From contig NC_017039.1 of NCBI RefSeq assembly GCF_000284455.1, positions 3,030,001 to 3,062,000 on the forward strand: 32,000 bases of DNA, written 5' to 3'. The notes beneath the pieces were generated by a model. That model did no database searches. It saw only the letters and a program-made list of their open reading frames with translations, and was not told the DNA's origin. Below are positions 18,917 to 28,296 of this stretch, piece by piece. Position 1 is the stretch's first letter; each line of letters starts with the position of its first letter. This DNA comes from Synechocystis sp. PCC 6803 substr. PCC-P. Lineage in GTDB: Bacteria > Cyanobacteriota > Cyanobacteriia > Cyanobacteriales > Microcystaceae. The position numbers and the translations under genes are program-made.

Positions 18917-19561
18917 ATGAAAACAATTCAATTAGCAAGTTCCTTTCTGGCACTGGGTTTGACCCTAGGAACTCCCAATCTCGTAACAGCCCATGTGGGT
19001 CACGGTGACGAGTTTCAAGCCGAGGGAGGCATTAATCGGGTTGCCGTGAATGCAGAAACCGATTCCATGTTGGGCATTGTGGTGGAGCCGATCGCCTCTG
19101 CGCCAGATGGTAGTGCGGGGGTTTATATTCCGGCGACGGCGTTGGTAGATGGGGGGGATAAACAATTAGTGTTTGTGCAGTATGGAGAATTTTATGAGCC
19201 GGTGCCGGTGAAAACGGGGGCAACCCAGGGGGAATTGATTGAAATTACCGAAGGGTTATCGGTGGGGGAAAAATTAGTTACCCAGGGTTCTTTATCCCTT
19301 TATGCTGAATCCCGCAAAACCCCAACGGCAGAGACGGAGACCAAAGAACCAGTTGTGGCTGAGGCTGCTGAAAATACGGCTCCTGCGGAGACGACAAGTA
19401 TGGCTCCCAATGAAACCCAAGCAAGTCCCCCCGTGGCGGCGGAACCAGGATTGCCCGTTTTACCGATCGCCTTGGGAGGACTAGGGGTCATTGGGGCCGG
19501 AATTTTGGGATTACGGGCGTTTAACTTGAGTCGCAAAGGCAAAAACTTTTTTGGCAAATAA
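18917..19561 (+). CDS. nrsB: CzcB-like periplasmic adaptor, short form (NrsB)
   Basis: Signal peptide, HVGHGDEF, VYIPATALVDGGDKQLVFVQYGEFYEPVPVKTGATQGELIEITEGLSVGEKLVTQGSLSL (membrane-fusion-protein C-terminal region), C-terminal TM. Directly upstream of the RND gene. Confidence 0.85.
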   Translation: MKTIQLASSFLALGLTLGTPNLVTAHVGHGDEFQAEGGINRVAVNAETDSMLGIVVEPIASAPDGSAGVYIPATALVDGGDKQLVFVQYGEFYEPVPVKTGATQGELIEITEGLSVGEKLVTQGSLSLYAESRKTPTAETETKEPVVAEAAENTAPAETTSMAPNETQASPPVAAEPGLPVLPIALGGLGVIGAGILGLRAFNLSRKGKNFFGK

Positions 19562-19599
19562 ATTTAACTTCCTGCTCTAGCCCTTGCCTTTATTGACCT

Positions 19600-22500
19600 A
19601 TGTTAAATACGCTTCTCAATCAAATTCTCAAAACCTCGATCGCCCAACGGTGGTTCATTGTTATTGCGGCCATTGGCATCACCCTTTGGGGGATTATCAG
19701 CGTGGGCCAAATGCCCCTGGATGTGTTTCCTGAATTTGCGCCGCCCCAGGTGGATATTCACACCGAAGCTCCTGGTCTGGCACCGGAAGAAGTGGAAACC
19801 CAAATTACCGTTCCCATTGAAAGTGCGGTGAATGGTTTACCGGGGGTGACAACGGTGCGCTCTTCTTCTAAGGTGGGCCTCTCCATGGTCAGCGTGGTCT
19901 TTGACCAGGATGCAGATGTCTATAAAGCCCGTCAAACAGTGACGGAACGCTTGCAACAGGTAACTAATCAACTACCGGAAGGTAGTCATCCCCCGGAAAT
20001 TTCGCCTCTGGTTTCTCCCTTGGGAACGATTGTGCAGTATGCCTTTACGATCAAGGATGGGGGCAGTTCCAACCTGATGGACTTACGACGATTATTAGAA
20101 ACCACCGTCGGTAACCAGCTCCTTTCTGTACCAGGGGTGTCCCAAGTCACCCTCTACGGGGGGGATGAGCGCCAGGAACAGGTTTTAGTTGATCCAGCCA
20201 AACTGCGTGCTCTCAAGGTTTCCCTCAATGAAGTTACCCAAGCCAGTGCAGAAGCGAATTCCAATGCCCCAGGGGGTTTCTTGATTGGCGGTGGCCAAGA
20301 GCTATTAGTACGGGGTCTGGGTCAAATGCAGTCCATTGAAGACCTACGGCGATCGGTGGTGAAAGTGGTGGACGGCAAACCAATTCTGTTGGAGGACGTT
20401 GCTGAAGTTAAAACCGGCAGTGCCCTGAAGCGGGGGGATGGGAGCTTTAACGGTCAACCGGCGATCGTCATGATGGTCAATAAACAGCCCGATGTGGATA
20501 CGCCCACAGTGACTAAAGCAGTAGAAGCAGTGGTTGAATCTCTAAAACCCACGTTTCCTGCCGATGTACAAATTGCCCAAACCTTTCGTCAAGCTAACTT
20601 TATTGATTCCGCCATTCGCAACGTCAGCACTTCCCTCTTAGAAGGGATTGTCATCGTTTCGGTGATTATGCTGATTTTTTTAATGAACTGGCGCACGGCG
20701 GCGATTACCCTAACAGCGATTCCCCTCTCCCTGCTAATTGGTTTGATGTTCATGAAAGCCTGGGGATTGGGCATTAATACCATGACCCTAGGGGGGCTAG
20801 TGGTGGCGATCGGCTCCGTGGTAGATGACTCCATTGTGGATATGGAAAATTGCTATCGGGGACTACGCACTAACCAGGCCGAGGGCAATCCCAAACATCC
20901 TTTGCGGGTAGTTTATGAAACCTCGGTGGAAGTCCGATTAGCAGTGATTTTTTCCACGGTGATCATCGTGGTGGTTTTCGCGCCCATTTTCAGCTTAACG
21001 GGGGTAGAAGGGCGTATTTTTGCCCCCATGGGTTTAGCCTATCTACTCTGTATCGGTGCTTCCACCCTAGTGGCCATGACCGTTTCCCCGGCTTTGTGTG
21101 GGATTCTCTTGGCTAACCAACGACTGCCCCAGGAAGGCACCTTTGTTTCCCGCTGGGCAGAGCGGTTATATCGTCCGTTGTTAAATTTTTCCCTCCGCGC
21201 TCCCCAAGTGATTTTGAGCATAGCCCTGATCGCTGTGATTGCCTCAGTCTCTTTGGTTCCTAGTCTAGGACGGGTTTTTCTACCAGAGTTTCGAGAAAAA
21301 TCCATGGTCAATTCCATGGTTCTTTTTCCAGGGGTTTCCCTCGACATGACCAATCGAGCGGGGATGGCCCTGTTTAATAACCTCAAGGATAATCCCCTCT
21401 ATGAATGGGTACAAATTCGGGCGGGTCGTGCGCCGGGGGATGCCGATGGAGCTGGGGTCAGCATGGCCCACGTTGATGTGGAATTGAGCGATGAAGCCCT
21501 CAAAGATCGGGAAGCTAGTGTTAAAGAATTACGGAAAGCCTTCAACCAATTGCCGGGGGTAGCTTCTAATATGGGGGGCTTTATTTCCCATCGGATGGAT
21601 GAGGTGTTATCAGGGGTCAGGAGTGCGATCGCCGTAAAAATCTTTGGCCCTGACTTAAAGGAACTACGGGCCATCGGAGAGCAGGTACAGGAAGCGATGA
21701 AAACTGTGCCAGGAATTGTTGACCTGCAACTCGAACCCCAACTTCCTATCCGCCAAGTGCAAATTCACTATGACCGTGCCGCCGCTGCCCAGTATGGGTT
21801 AAGGATGGCTGACATTTCTGCTGTTGTTGAAACTGCTTTAAATGGCCGGATTGTTTCCCAGGTTCCTGAAGATCAACAGTTAGTGAATGTGGTGGTGATG
21901 CTACCGGAAACTGAGCGGAATAGTCTTGATGCCATGGGGGCAATCCCCATTAGTACGCCCACCGGTCAAATGATTACCCTAGGGGACGTGGCTAAAATAG
22001 ACTACGGCATGGGAGCCAATGTGGTTAACCGCGAAGACGTTTCCCGTTTAATTGTGGTTTCCGCCAACGTCGCTGAGCGGGATTTGGGAAGCGTGGTGGA
22101 AGATGTCCAGGCTCAAATTAAGGAGAAAGTACAACTTCCCCAGGGCTATTTCATCGAATACGGCGGGCAATTTGAGTCCGAACAACGGGCAACCAATAGC
22201 TTACTGTTGTTTAGCTTCGTCGCCGCTTTAGTGATTGGGATATTGATGTTCTTTTCGGTGAAATCCCTCCCCGCTACCATCGCCATTATGATTAACCTCC
22301 CCTTAGCCCTAATTGGGGGGTTGTTATCCGTTGTTTTCACTGGCGGTGTCATTTCTATTGCCTCCCTAGTCGGTTTTATTACCCTGTTTGGGGTGGCTGT
22401 ACGGAACGGACTATTACTGGTGGATAACTACAACCAGAAATTCGCCCAGGGAATGAAACTAAAAGAAACAATCTTTAAGGGGTCTATGGAACGGGTCAAT

Positions 22501-22764
22501 GCCATTTTAATGACCGCTTTGACCTCAGCTTTAGGGATGTTACCGTTGGCAACGGCCAGCAGTGCCGGGAACGAAATTCTCCAACCCCTGGCGATCGTTG
22601 TTCTTGGTGGACTGTGTACTTCTACGGCTTTAACCTTATTGGTATTACCCGCTTTGTATGCCAAATTTGGTAAATGGTTAATGCCCAAACAGCCTACCAA
22701 TGGAGACCACATTGCTCCTTTTGTGCGTAACGATAGGGTCAGCACTCAAAAATCGCATTTTTAA
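19600..22764 (+). CDS. nrsA: CzcA-family heavy-metal RND efflux transporter
   Basis: 1054 aa; DVFPEFAPPQVDIHTEAPGLAPEEVETQITVPIESAVNGLPG…, GSVVDDSIVDMENCYRG (DD-E motif in TM4), FITLFGVAVRNGLLLVDNY. Confidence 0.96.
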   Translation: MLNTLLNQILKTSIAQRWFIVIAAIGITLWGIISVGQMPLDVFPEFAPPQVDIHTEAPGLAPEEVETQITVPIESAVNGLPGVTTVRSSSKVGLSMVSVVFDQDADVYKARQTVTERLQQVTNQLPEGSHPPEISPLVSPLGTIVQYAFTIKDGGSSNLMDLRRLLETTVGNQLLSVPGVSQVTLYGGDERQEQVLVDPAKLRALKVSLNEVTQASAEANSNAPGGFLIGGGQELLVRGLGQMQSIEDLRRSVVKVVDGKPILLEDVAEVKTGSALKRGDGSFNGQPAIVMMVNKQPDVDTPTVTKAVEAVVESLKPTFPADVQIAQTFRQANFIDSAIRNVSTSLLEGIVIVSVIMLIFLMNWRTAAITLTAIPLSLLIGLMFMKAWGLGINTMTLGGLVVAIGSVVDDSIVDMENCYRGLRTNQAEGNPKHPLRVVYETSVEVRLAVIFSTVIIVVVFAPIFSLTGVEGRIFAPMGLAYLLCIGASTLVAMTVSPALCGILLANQRLPQEGTFVSRWAERLYRPLLNFSLRAPQVILSIALIAVIASVSLVPSLGRVFLPEFREKSMVNSMVLFPGVSLDMTNRAGMALFNNLKDNPLYEWVQIRAGRAPGDADGAGVSMAHVDVELSDEALKDREASVKELRKAFNQLPGVASNMGGFISHRMDEVLSGVRSAIAVKIFGPDLKELRAIGEQVQEAMKTVPGIVDLQLEPQLPIRQVQIHYDRAAAAQYGLRMADISAVVETALNGRIVSQVPEDQQLVNVVVMLPETERNSLDAMGAIPISTPTGQMITLGDVAKIDYGMGANVVNREDVSRLIVVSANVAERDLGSVVEDVQAQIKEKVQLPQGYFIEYGGQFESEQRATNSLLLFSFVAALVIGILMFFSVKSLPATIAIMINLPLALIGGLLSVVFTGGVISIASLVGFITLFGVAVRNGLLLVDNYNQKFAQGMKLKETIFKGSMERVNAILMTALTSALGMLPLATASSAGNEILQPLAIVVLGGLCTSTALTLLVLPALYAKFGKWLMPKQPTNGDHIAPFVRNDRVSTQKSHF

Positions 22765-22843
22765 ACGTGAATTATTATCTCTTCTGGCTGTATTAACAAC
22801 GGTGGGAGAGATTTTTTTACCACATTTTTTCTGGTTAATTTCC

Positions 22844-23527
22844 ATGACCATTACCCAAAACACAACTCGCCACTATCATCATCGTCGAAGGTCTCAACAA
22901 TCATCTTGGTCACGCCATTTTTTTCTGGCCACTTTATTATTTACTCTTTGCTTGGCAGCTTTTATTAGAAAGTCTCCTGAAACTGAAAACATCAATTCCT
23001 TTTTTGGCCATTTACCATCCCTAGCCATGGAAGGAGGAGATCCTTACATTAGAGCTTTAATGCGGACAATTTCAGCCAGTGAATCTAATGCTAAAAATCC
23101 CTACGTTTTACTCTATGGCGGTCAACATACCCATGATTTAAGTCGCCATCCCAATGCTTGTATTGCCATCAAAACAGATGTTAACCAAGGGCATTGCTCC
23201 ACAGCGGCAGGACGTTATCAATTTTTGACTAAGACTTGGCAGGAAAAAGCGGCTTTGTATCACCCTCAACGTCATTTGGGAAAATCACACTATAACTTTG
23301 AGCCTGAATTTCAGGATTTAGTAACCTATCGATGGTTGACCGATAAACACCACTGGGGCATGGACTTTTCCACCCAATTACAACAGGGAAATATCGAACA
23401 AGTGTTGAAAAAACTTTCTGGCACTTGGACAAGTTTGGGTTACGGCATTGAAGACAATAGAATGACCGCTTCTTTACCCAAAATTTATCAAAAACTATTA
23501 GCAGAAGAACTTGACCAAGCTAATTAA
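22844..23527 (+). CDS. nrsC: membrane-anchored lambda-endolysin-like muramidase/transglycosylase
   Basis: TM (FFLATLLFTLCLAAFI) then IRALMRTISASESNAKNPYVLLYGG…HPNACI…HCSTAAGRYQFLTKTWQEKAALYHP…FEPEFQDLVTYRWLTDK…LKKLSGTWTSLGYGIEDN. ATG 22844 preferred; the 22700 start overlaps nrsA by 65 nt. Resembles Slr0795. Confidence 0.88.
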   Translation: MTITQNTTRHYHHRRRSQQSSWSRHFFLATLLFTLCLAAFIRKSPETENINSFFGHLPSLAMEGGDPYIRALMRTISASESNAKNPYVLLYGGQHTHDLSRHPNACIAIKTDVNQGHCSTAAGRYQFLTKTWQEKAALYHPQRHLGKSHYNFEPEFQDLVTYRWLTDKHHWGMDFSTQLQQGNIEQVLKKLSGTWTSLGYGIEDNRMTASLPKIYQKLLAEELDQAN

Positions 23528-23641
23528 TATTCGATTCAGTACCAAGTACTATTGCGGGGACAGGACGTTTCTCAAGGCCCTCATCAATATCCCCCCTGGG
23601 GGCATAGAATAGAGATCAATTTTCTACCCCAAACCCCCACA

Positions 23642-24979
23642 ATGGGCAAACTACCGCCTATCTTTCACTGCTTGCGGAACCGTCTATTTGCTCAGCTATA
23701 CCTAGCCCAAGCCATTAGTTTGCTGGGGGATGCCCTGACCTGGGTAGGATTAGCACTTTTAGCTTTTGAATTGGCGGGTCAAGGGGCGGGGTTGATCCTG
23801 GCAGGGGCCTTAACCTTAAGGGTAACGGTGTTTGTCTTGCTGTCTCCCATTGCGGGGGCGATCGCCGACCGTTATGATCGCAAGCAAATGATGGTGATTA
23901 CCCATCTGGCACGGCTGGGGATTGTCTGTTTATTTCCTGGGGTGACCCAGGCCTGGCAAATCTACGGGCTGGTTCTGGGGCTGAATGTGTTTAACGCCTT
24001 TTTTACTCCGACCTATACCGCAACCATTCCCCTGGTGACGAAGGAGGATGAATATCCCCAGGCGATCGCCTTATCCAGTGCCACTTATCAACTTTTGGGG
24101 GTTTTGGGGCCAGGGTTGGCTGGGAGTCTTGCCGCTTGGGTGGGAACAAAAACAATCTTTTGGGGGGATGCTTTAACTTTTTTGATGGCCGCTGGTTTAA
24201 TTTTTACCTTGCCAGGAAAACTGTTAGCTAATTCAACCGCCCAGCCTGTCCGTAACTTGGCCCAAATTCGACGGGACATCGGCACAGGAACCCAATGTCT
24301 TTTCGGCGATCGCCTGATTCGTTATGCTCTAGCGATGCAGTTGGTGGTGTCCTTGGCCGGGGCAGGGATTTTAGTGAATACGGTGGGCTATGTCCAAGGC
24401 ATTTTAAACCTGGGTAAGCTGGAGTATGGTTGGCTAATGGCGGCGTTTGGGTTGGGAGCGACGGTGGCTTCCCTCGGTTTGGGCAACACTCAGCAACAGA
24501 GAAAACGAATCTATTTAACGACAATTGGGGCTGTAGTAATGAGTCTTGCGATTCTACCCGTCTCGATGGTCAATCTTCAGGGATTATTGCTCCTGTGGGC
24601 TGGGGCTGGTATCGGCCAAACCTTGGTTAATGTCCCCACCCAAACCCTGATTGCCGACCGCGTAGCCAAAGAGCTTCAAGGCCGAGTGTATGGTGCCAAT
24701 TTTGCCTGGAGTCATCTCTGGTGGGCGTTTTCCTATCCTCTGGCGGGATGGTTAGGCAGTCACTTTGCTCAAAATAGTTTTTTCTATCTGGGGATTTTAG
24801 CCCTCAGCTTATTTGCCCTGTTTTATCTGTTACGACCCTCCACTCCGATGGAACCAGGATTTTGGCACGAACATTCCCATCACCATGACTCCGAGCATAG
24901 TCATTTTCATCCTGCGACAACTGTGCTGAATTTTAGCCACAATCATCTTCATTTCCATTTTTATAAGGCGAGTCCTTAA
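23642..24979 (+). CDS. nrsD: MFS efflux permease NrsD/NreB-like with His-rich C-terminus
   Basis: 12-TM MFS architecture, GAIADRYDRKQMM (loop 2-3 motif), C-terminal HEHSHHHDSEHSHFHPATTVLNFSHNHLHFHFYK. ATG at 23642 preferred over the upstream start at 23552. Confidence 0.92.
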   Translation: MGKLPPIFHCLRNRLFAQLYLAQAISLLGDALTWVGLALLAFELAGQGAGLILAGALTLRVTVFVLLSPIAGAIADRYDRKQMMVITHLARLGIVCLFPGVTQAWQIYGLVLGLNVFNAFFTPTYTATIPLVTKEDEYPQAIALSSATYQLLGVLGPGLAGSLAAWVGTKTIFWGDALTFLMAAGLIFTLPGKLLANSTAQPVRNLAQIRRDIGTGTQCLFGDRLIRYALAMQLVVSLAGAGILVNTVGYVQGILNLGKLEYGWLMAAFGLGATVASLGLGNTQQQRKRIYLTTIGAVVMSLAILPVSMVNLQGLLLLWAGAGIGQTLVNVPTQTLIADRVAKELQGRVYGANFAWSHLWWAFSYPLAGWLGSHFAQNSFFYLGILALSLFALFYLLRPSTPMEPGFWHEHSHHHDSEHSHFHPATTVLNFSHNHLHFHFYKASP

Positions 24980-25044
24980 ACTACCCGCTTAAAAACCATG
25001 CGTCCAAAACTTTCACCATCCTTTCCCTATCAACCTTTACTGCA

Positions 25045-26157
25045 CTAAAGACAAGTGAGATAGCAGTGGCAATCTGGCTTTGCAATCAATGTTTCCACTA
25101 AAGCGTTTAGCGTTACTGCGGCTAGAAGTCCTCCACCGAGGCTCCCCTGAATGGTGATATGGGGAATGGGACTGGTCATCAGTCGTCGTTTTGCCCCCGG
25201 AGCATGACTAAAACCGATCGGCATTCCGATCACAAGAGCCGGCTGAATATGTTGTTGCTCTATCAGCTTACAGGCAGTGAGTAAAACAGAAGGGGCATAG
25301 CCGATCGCCAGCACACATCCTTGGGGAATCTGTTGTAACCGCTGTTGCCAATGGTCATGGTGCCAAAAAGCTTGCTCGGCTTCCCTAAGCCCTGTGATGT
25401 GAGGGTCGTCAATCAGCGTTTTAACCGTACATCCTAAATGAGCTAACCGAGTTTGATCAAGAGCCGCAGCCACAACCGGAACATCGGTGACGACTGGACA
25501 CCCTGCTTTCAGTGCATCTCGTGCCGAGGCGATCGCTCCCTGACTCAATCGAACGGCGTTTACCAAGCTAACATCACCACAGGCCAGCACTAATTGATGT
25601 AGTAAGTGAATGGTAATTTCAGAGTAAGCCGATAAATCCGGTAGCAGGTGTTTGAGGGATTCCTGAAAGGCTTCTGGATGAGTTGTTGTCTCCGCATCTA
25701 GGTTCGTCCACAACTGATCGAGTTTTCCTAACCCCTCCTGGACATCCACATCAAGCTGTTTCAGTTGGGCCAGAGCTTCCGCTTGGGTAATCTGGCAACT
25801 CTGGTCGCGTCCCAGTAATCCTTCTAAAGCAGATGCGGTTTGGCGGAGTCGAGTAATCTGCTGAATCACAGCCTGATATTGCTGTTGCAACTGCACCATT
25901 AGGGTGGGATCAAGGCTCTCTTCAGAATGGCTATCCAGCAGTTGCCGAATATGAGACAACTGAAAGCCCTGCTGTTTGAGGGCAATGACTCGTTGGAGCC
26001 GTTGTACGTCCTGCTGAGTATAAAGGCGGTAGTTGCCCTCTGAGCGTTGAACGGGGGGAAGCAATCCCAGGGTGTGGTAATGGCGCACCATGCGAGGCGT
26101 AACGCCACCTCCCACTGCATCTGTGAGTTCTTTAATCGTTAAGTGATTAGTCTTCAT
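25045..26157 (-). CDS. coaR: MerR-family cobalt regulator fused to precorrin isomerase-like domain
   Basis: LTIKELTDAVGGGVTPRMVRHYHTLGLLPPVQRSEGNYRLYTQQDVQRLQRV (MerR HTH), C-terminal CbiC/CobH-like LPQGCVLAIGYAPSVLLTACKLIEQQHIQPALVIGMPIGFSHAPGAKRRL, terminal CHCYLTCL. Confidence 0.94.
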   Translation of the reverse strand: MKTNHLTIKELTDAVGGGVTPRMVRHYHTLGLLPPVQRSEGNYRLYTQQDVQRLQRVIALKQQGFQLSHIRQLLDSHSEESLDPTLMVQLQQQYQAVIQQITRLRQTASALEGLLGRDQSCQITQAEALAQLKQLDVDVQEGLGKLDQLWTNLDAETTTHPEAFQESLKHLLPDLSAYSEITIHLLHQLVLACGDVSLVNAVRLSQGAIASARDALKAGCPVVTDVPVVAAALDQTRLAHLGCTVKTLIDDPHITGLREAEQAFWHHDHWQQRLQQIPQGCVLAIGYAPSVLLTACKLIEQQHIQPALVIGMPIGFSHAPGAKRRLMTSPIPHITIQGSLGGGLLAAVTLNALVETLIAKPDCHCYLTCL

Positions 26158-26175
26158 CCCTTTAGTTTACTCAAA

Positions 26176-26210
26176 ACCTTGACATTGACACTAATGTTAA
26201 GGTTTAGGCT
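26176..26210 (+). promoter_or_regulatory. coaT promoter with MerR-type dyad
   Basis: ACCTTGACATT-gacact-AATGTTAAGGT (10 of 11 pairs complementary, 26176-26203); -35 TTGACA at 26179-26184 and -10-like TAGGCT at 26205-26210 separated by 20 bp. Confidence 0.75.
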
Positions 26211-26238
26211 GAGAAGGTAAAAATCCAAGTTAAAAAGC

Positions 26239-28167
26239 ATGGTTGTAACTCCCCCTTCTTCTGCCTTTCGATTTTCTAACCTTTTCAAAGATCATCCCGA
26301 TGCAGTGGCGGCGATCGCCTGTGGCGGGCTGGTCTTTCTGGGCTGGCAGATGCTTAACTTGGGCTGGTTGGGAATTGCCTTTTTTGTCCTAACAGCGGCC
26401 TATGTGATTGGTGGATTTGACAATGCCCGTGAGGGATTAACAACCCTCTTTGAAGAAAAAGAATTTGATGTCGATCTGCTGATGATTGTGGCCGCCTTGG
26501 GGGCCGCCGGGTTGGGACTTTGGCGACGGGAATATACCCTCATTGTGGATGGGGCAGTTCTGATTCTTATTTTTGCCATCAGTGGGGCATTGGAAGGATA
26601 CGCGATGCAACGGACGGAGCGGAGTATCCAGGGATTGATGAGCTTAACCGCTGATGTAGCAAGAGTGTTGCGGAACGGACAGGAGCAAACCATTCCCATT
26701 TCAGAACTGAAGATGGGGGATCAAGTCTTGGTGAAACCGGGAGAGTTGGTGCCAACGGATGGCTTGGTCATTGAAGGGTTTAGCACCCTGAACCAGGCTT
26801 CCATCACGGGGGAATCTATGCCAGTGGAAAAGGCGATCGGCGATGAGGTGTTTGCCGGCACGATCAATGGCAATGGGGTACTGCGGCTCAAAATCCATCA
26901 ACCCCCGGAAAGTAGCTTGATTCAGCGTGTGATTCGTTTGGTTCAGCAAGCCCAAACCGAAGCTCCCCCGTCGCAACAGTTTATTGAACGATTTGAGTGC
27001 GGTTATGCCAAGGTAATTGTGATCGCCGGACTCTTGCTCGGTACGTTGCCGCCTTTTTTGCTGGGCTGGAGTTGGGAAGAGACGATCTACCGTGCCTTAA
27101 TTTTTCTCGTGGTGGCTTCTCCCTGTGCGCTAATGGCATCAATTATGCCGGCCTTACTTTCTGGTATTGCCAATGGAGCGCGTCAAGGCATTTTATTCAA
27201 AAACGGGGCGCAGTTGGAGCGGATTGGACGAGTACGGGTGATTGCTTTTGATAAAACTGGAACATTGACCACTGGAAAACCTGAAGTTGTGAACATTCTC
27301 GCCACTCAGCCATCCACCGACAAACTTCTGCAAATCGCGGCGGCCCTGGAAAGTTTATCGGAACATCCCATCGGAGAGGCGATCGCCGACTTCACCCGTC
27401 AACAGAACCAAGCCTGGGCAACAGCCAGGAACGTTCAAGCGCAGGCGGGACAGGGCATTATCGGAGACATTGAGGGCCAACAGGCGATAGTTGGTAAAGC
27501 CGTGTTTGTTCAGGCCCAGGTCAATCATGTTGCTACAAACCTGATAGAGCAAAGTCAGCAGTGGGAAGCTGAAGGTAAAACCGTCGTCTGGGTTGCCTAC
27601 GCTGGAGAGATTTTAGGTCTCATTGCCGTGGCAGATACTGTACGACCCACCGCCGCCCAGGCGATCGCCCGATTAAAACGATTAGGAATTGAGCGAATTG
27701 TCATGCTAACTGGGGATAACTCACGTACCGCCCACAGCATTGCTCAACAGGTGGGAGTCAATCAGGTTTATGCAGAACTTTTGCCCGAAGATAAAGTGGA
27801 TGTGATTCGCCAACTCCAGAAGCAGTATCAATCCGTCGCCATGGTGGGAGACGGCATCAATGATGCACCCGCCTTAGCTCAGGCATCTGTTGGTATTGCG
27901 ATGGGGGCCGCTGGTAGTGATGTGGCCTTAGAAACCGCAGATATTGTCTTAATGGCGGATCGTTTGGAGCGGTTAGAACACGCCATTCGTTTGGGTCGTC
28001 GCGCTCAAGGAGTGGTCAAACAAAACATTGTGTTTGCCCTTGGTTTTGTGATGATTCTGTTGATTGCAAACTTTGCGGGTAATATCACGCTGCCCTTTGG
28101 GGTTTTGGGGCATGAAGGCTCGACGGTAATCGTAACGTTGAGTGGATTGCGGTTACTAAGAGGGTAA
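26239..28167 (+). CDS. coaT: cobalt-exporting P1B-type ATPase
   Basis: DKTGTLTTGKPEV phosphorylation motif, TGES, SPC motif (LVVASPCALMAS), MVGDGINDAPALAQA; no N-terminal HMA domain; divergent from coaR. Confidence 0.95.
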   Translation: MVVTPPSSAFRFSNLFKDHPDAVAAIACGGLVFLGWQMLNLGWLGIAFFVLTAAYVIGGFDNAREGLTTLFEEKEFDVDLLMIVAALGAAGLGLWRREYTLIVDGAVLILIFAISGALEGYAMQRTERSIQGLMSLTADVARVLRNGQEQTIPISELKMGDQVLVKPGELVPTDGLVIEGFSTLNQASITGESMPVEKAIGDEVFAGTINGNGVLRLKIHQPPESSLIQRVIRLVQQAQTEAPPSQQFIERFECGYAKVIVIAGLLLGTLPPFLLGWSWEETIYRALIFLVVASPCALMASIMPALLSGIANGARQGILFKNGAQLERIGRVRVIAFDKTGTLTTGKPEVVNILATQPSTDKLLQIAAALESLSEHPIGEAIADFTRQQNQAWATARNVQAQAGQGIIGDIEGQQAIVGKAVFVQAQVNHVATNLIEQSQQWEAEGKTVVWVAYAGEILGLIAVADTVRPTAAQAIARLKRLGIERIVMLTGDNSRTAHSIAQQVGVNQVYAELLPEDKVDVIRQLQKQYQSVAMVGDGINDAPALAQASVGIAMGAAGSDVALETADIVLMADRLERLEHAIRLGRRAQGVVKQNIVFALGFVMILLIANFAGNITLPFGVLGHEGSTVIVTLSGLRLLRG

Positions 28168-28210
28168 TTAATTAATGATGGAATTAAGAACCTGTTTATA
28201 AAGTCTGATT

Positions 28211-28278
28211 CTGCCCCCTAAATCCCCCAATACTGGGGGACTTTGACTTAGTTTCCCCCCAAACTTGGTGGGCCAGGG
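28211..28278. repeat. C/G-run palindromic intergenic element, possible dispersed repeat or terminator
   Basis: ctgccccctaaatCCCCCAatacTGGGGGactttgacttagtttcccccccaaacttggtgggccaggggggctttt; perfect stem CCCCCA/TGGGGG at 28224-28229/28234-28239 between convergent genes. Confidence 0.5.
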
Positions 28279-28296
28279 GGGCTTTTCAAACACGCT

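Noticed and set aside
19603-22745. Multiple minus-strand ORFs within nrsA
   Set aside because: Shadow ORFs opposite a 1054-aa RND gene; none shows protein-family motifs.
26701-27552. ORFs opposite or alternate to coaT
   Set aside because: Overlap the conserved P-type ATPase core; no independent evidence.
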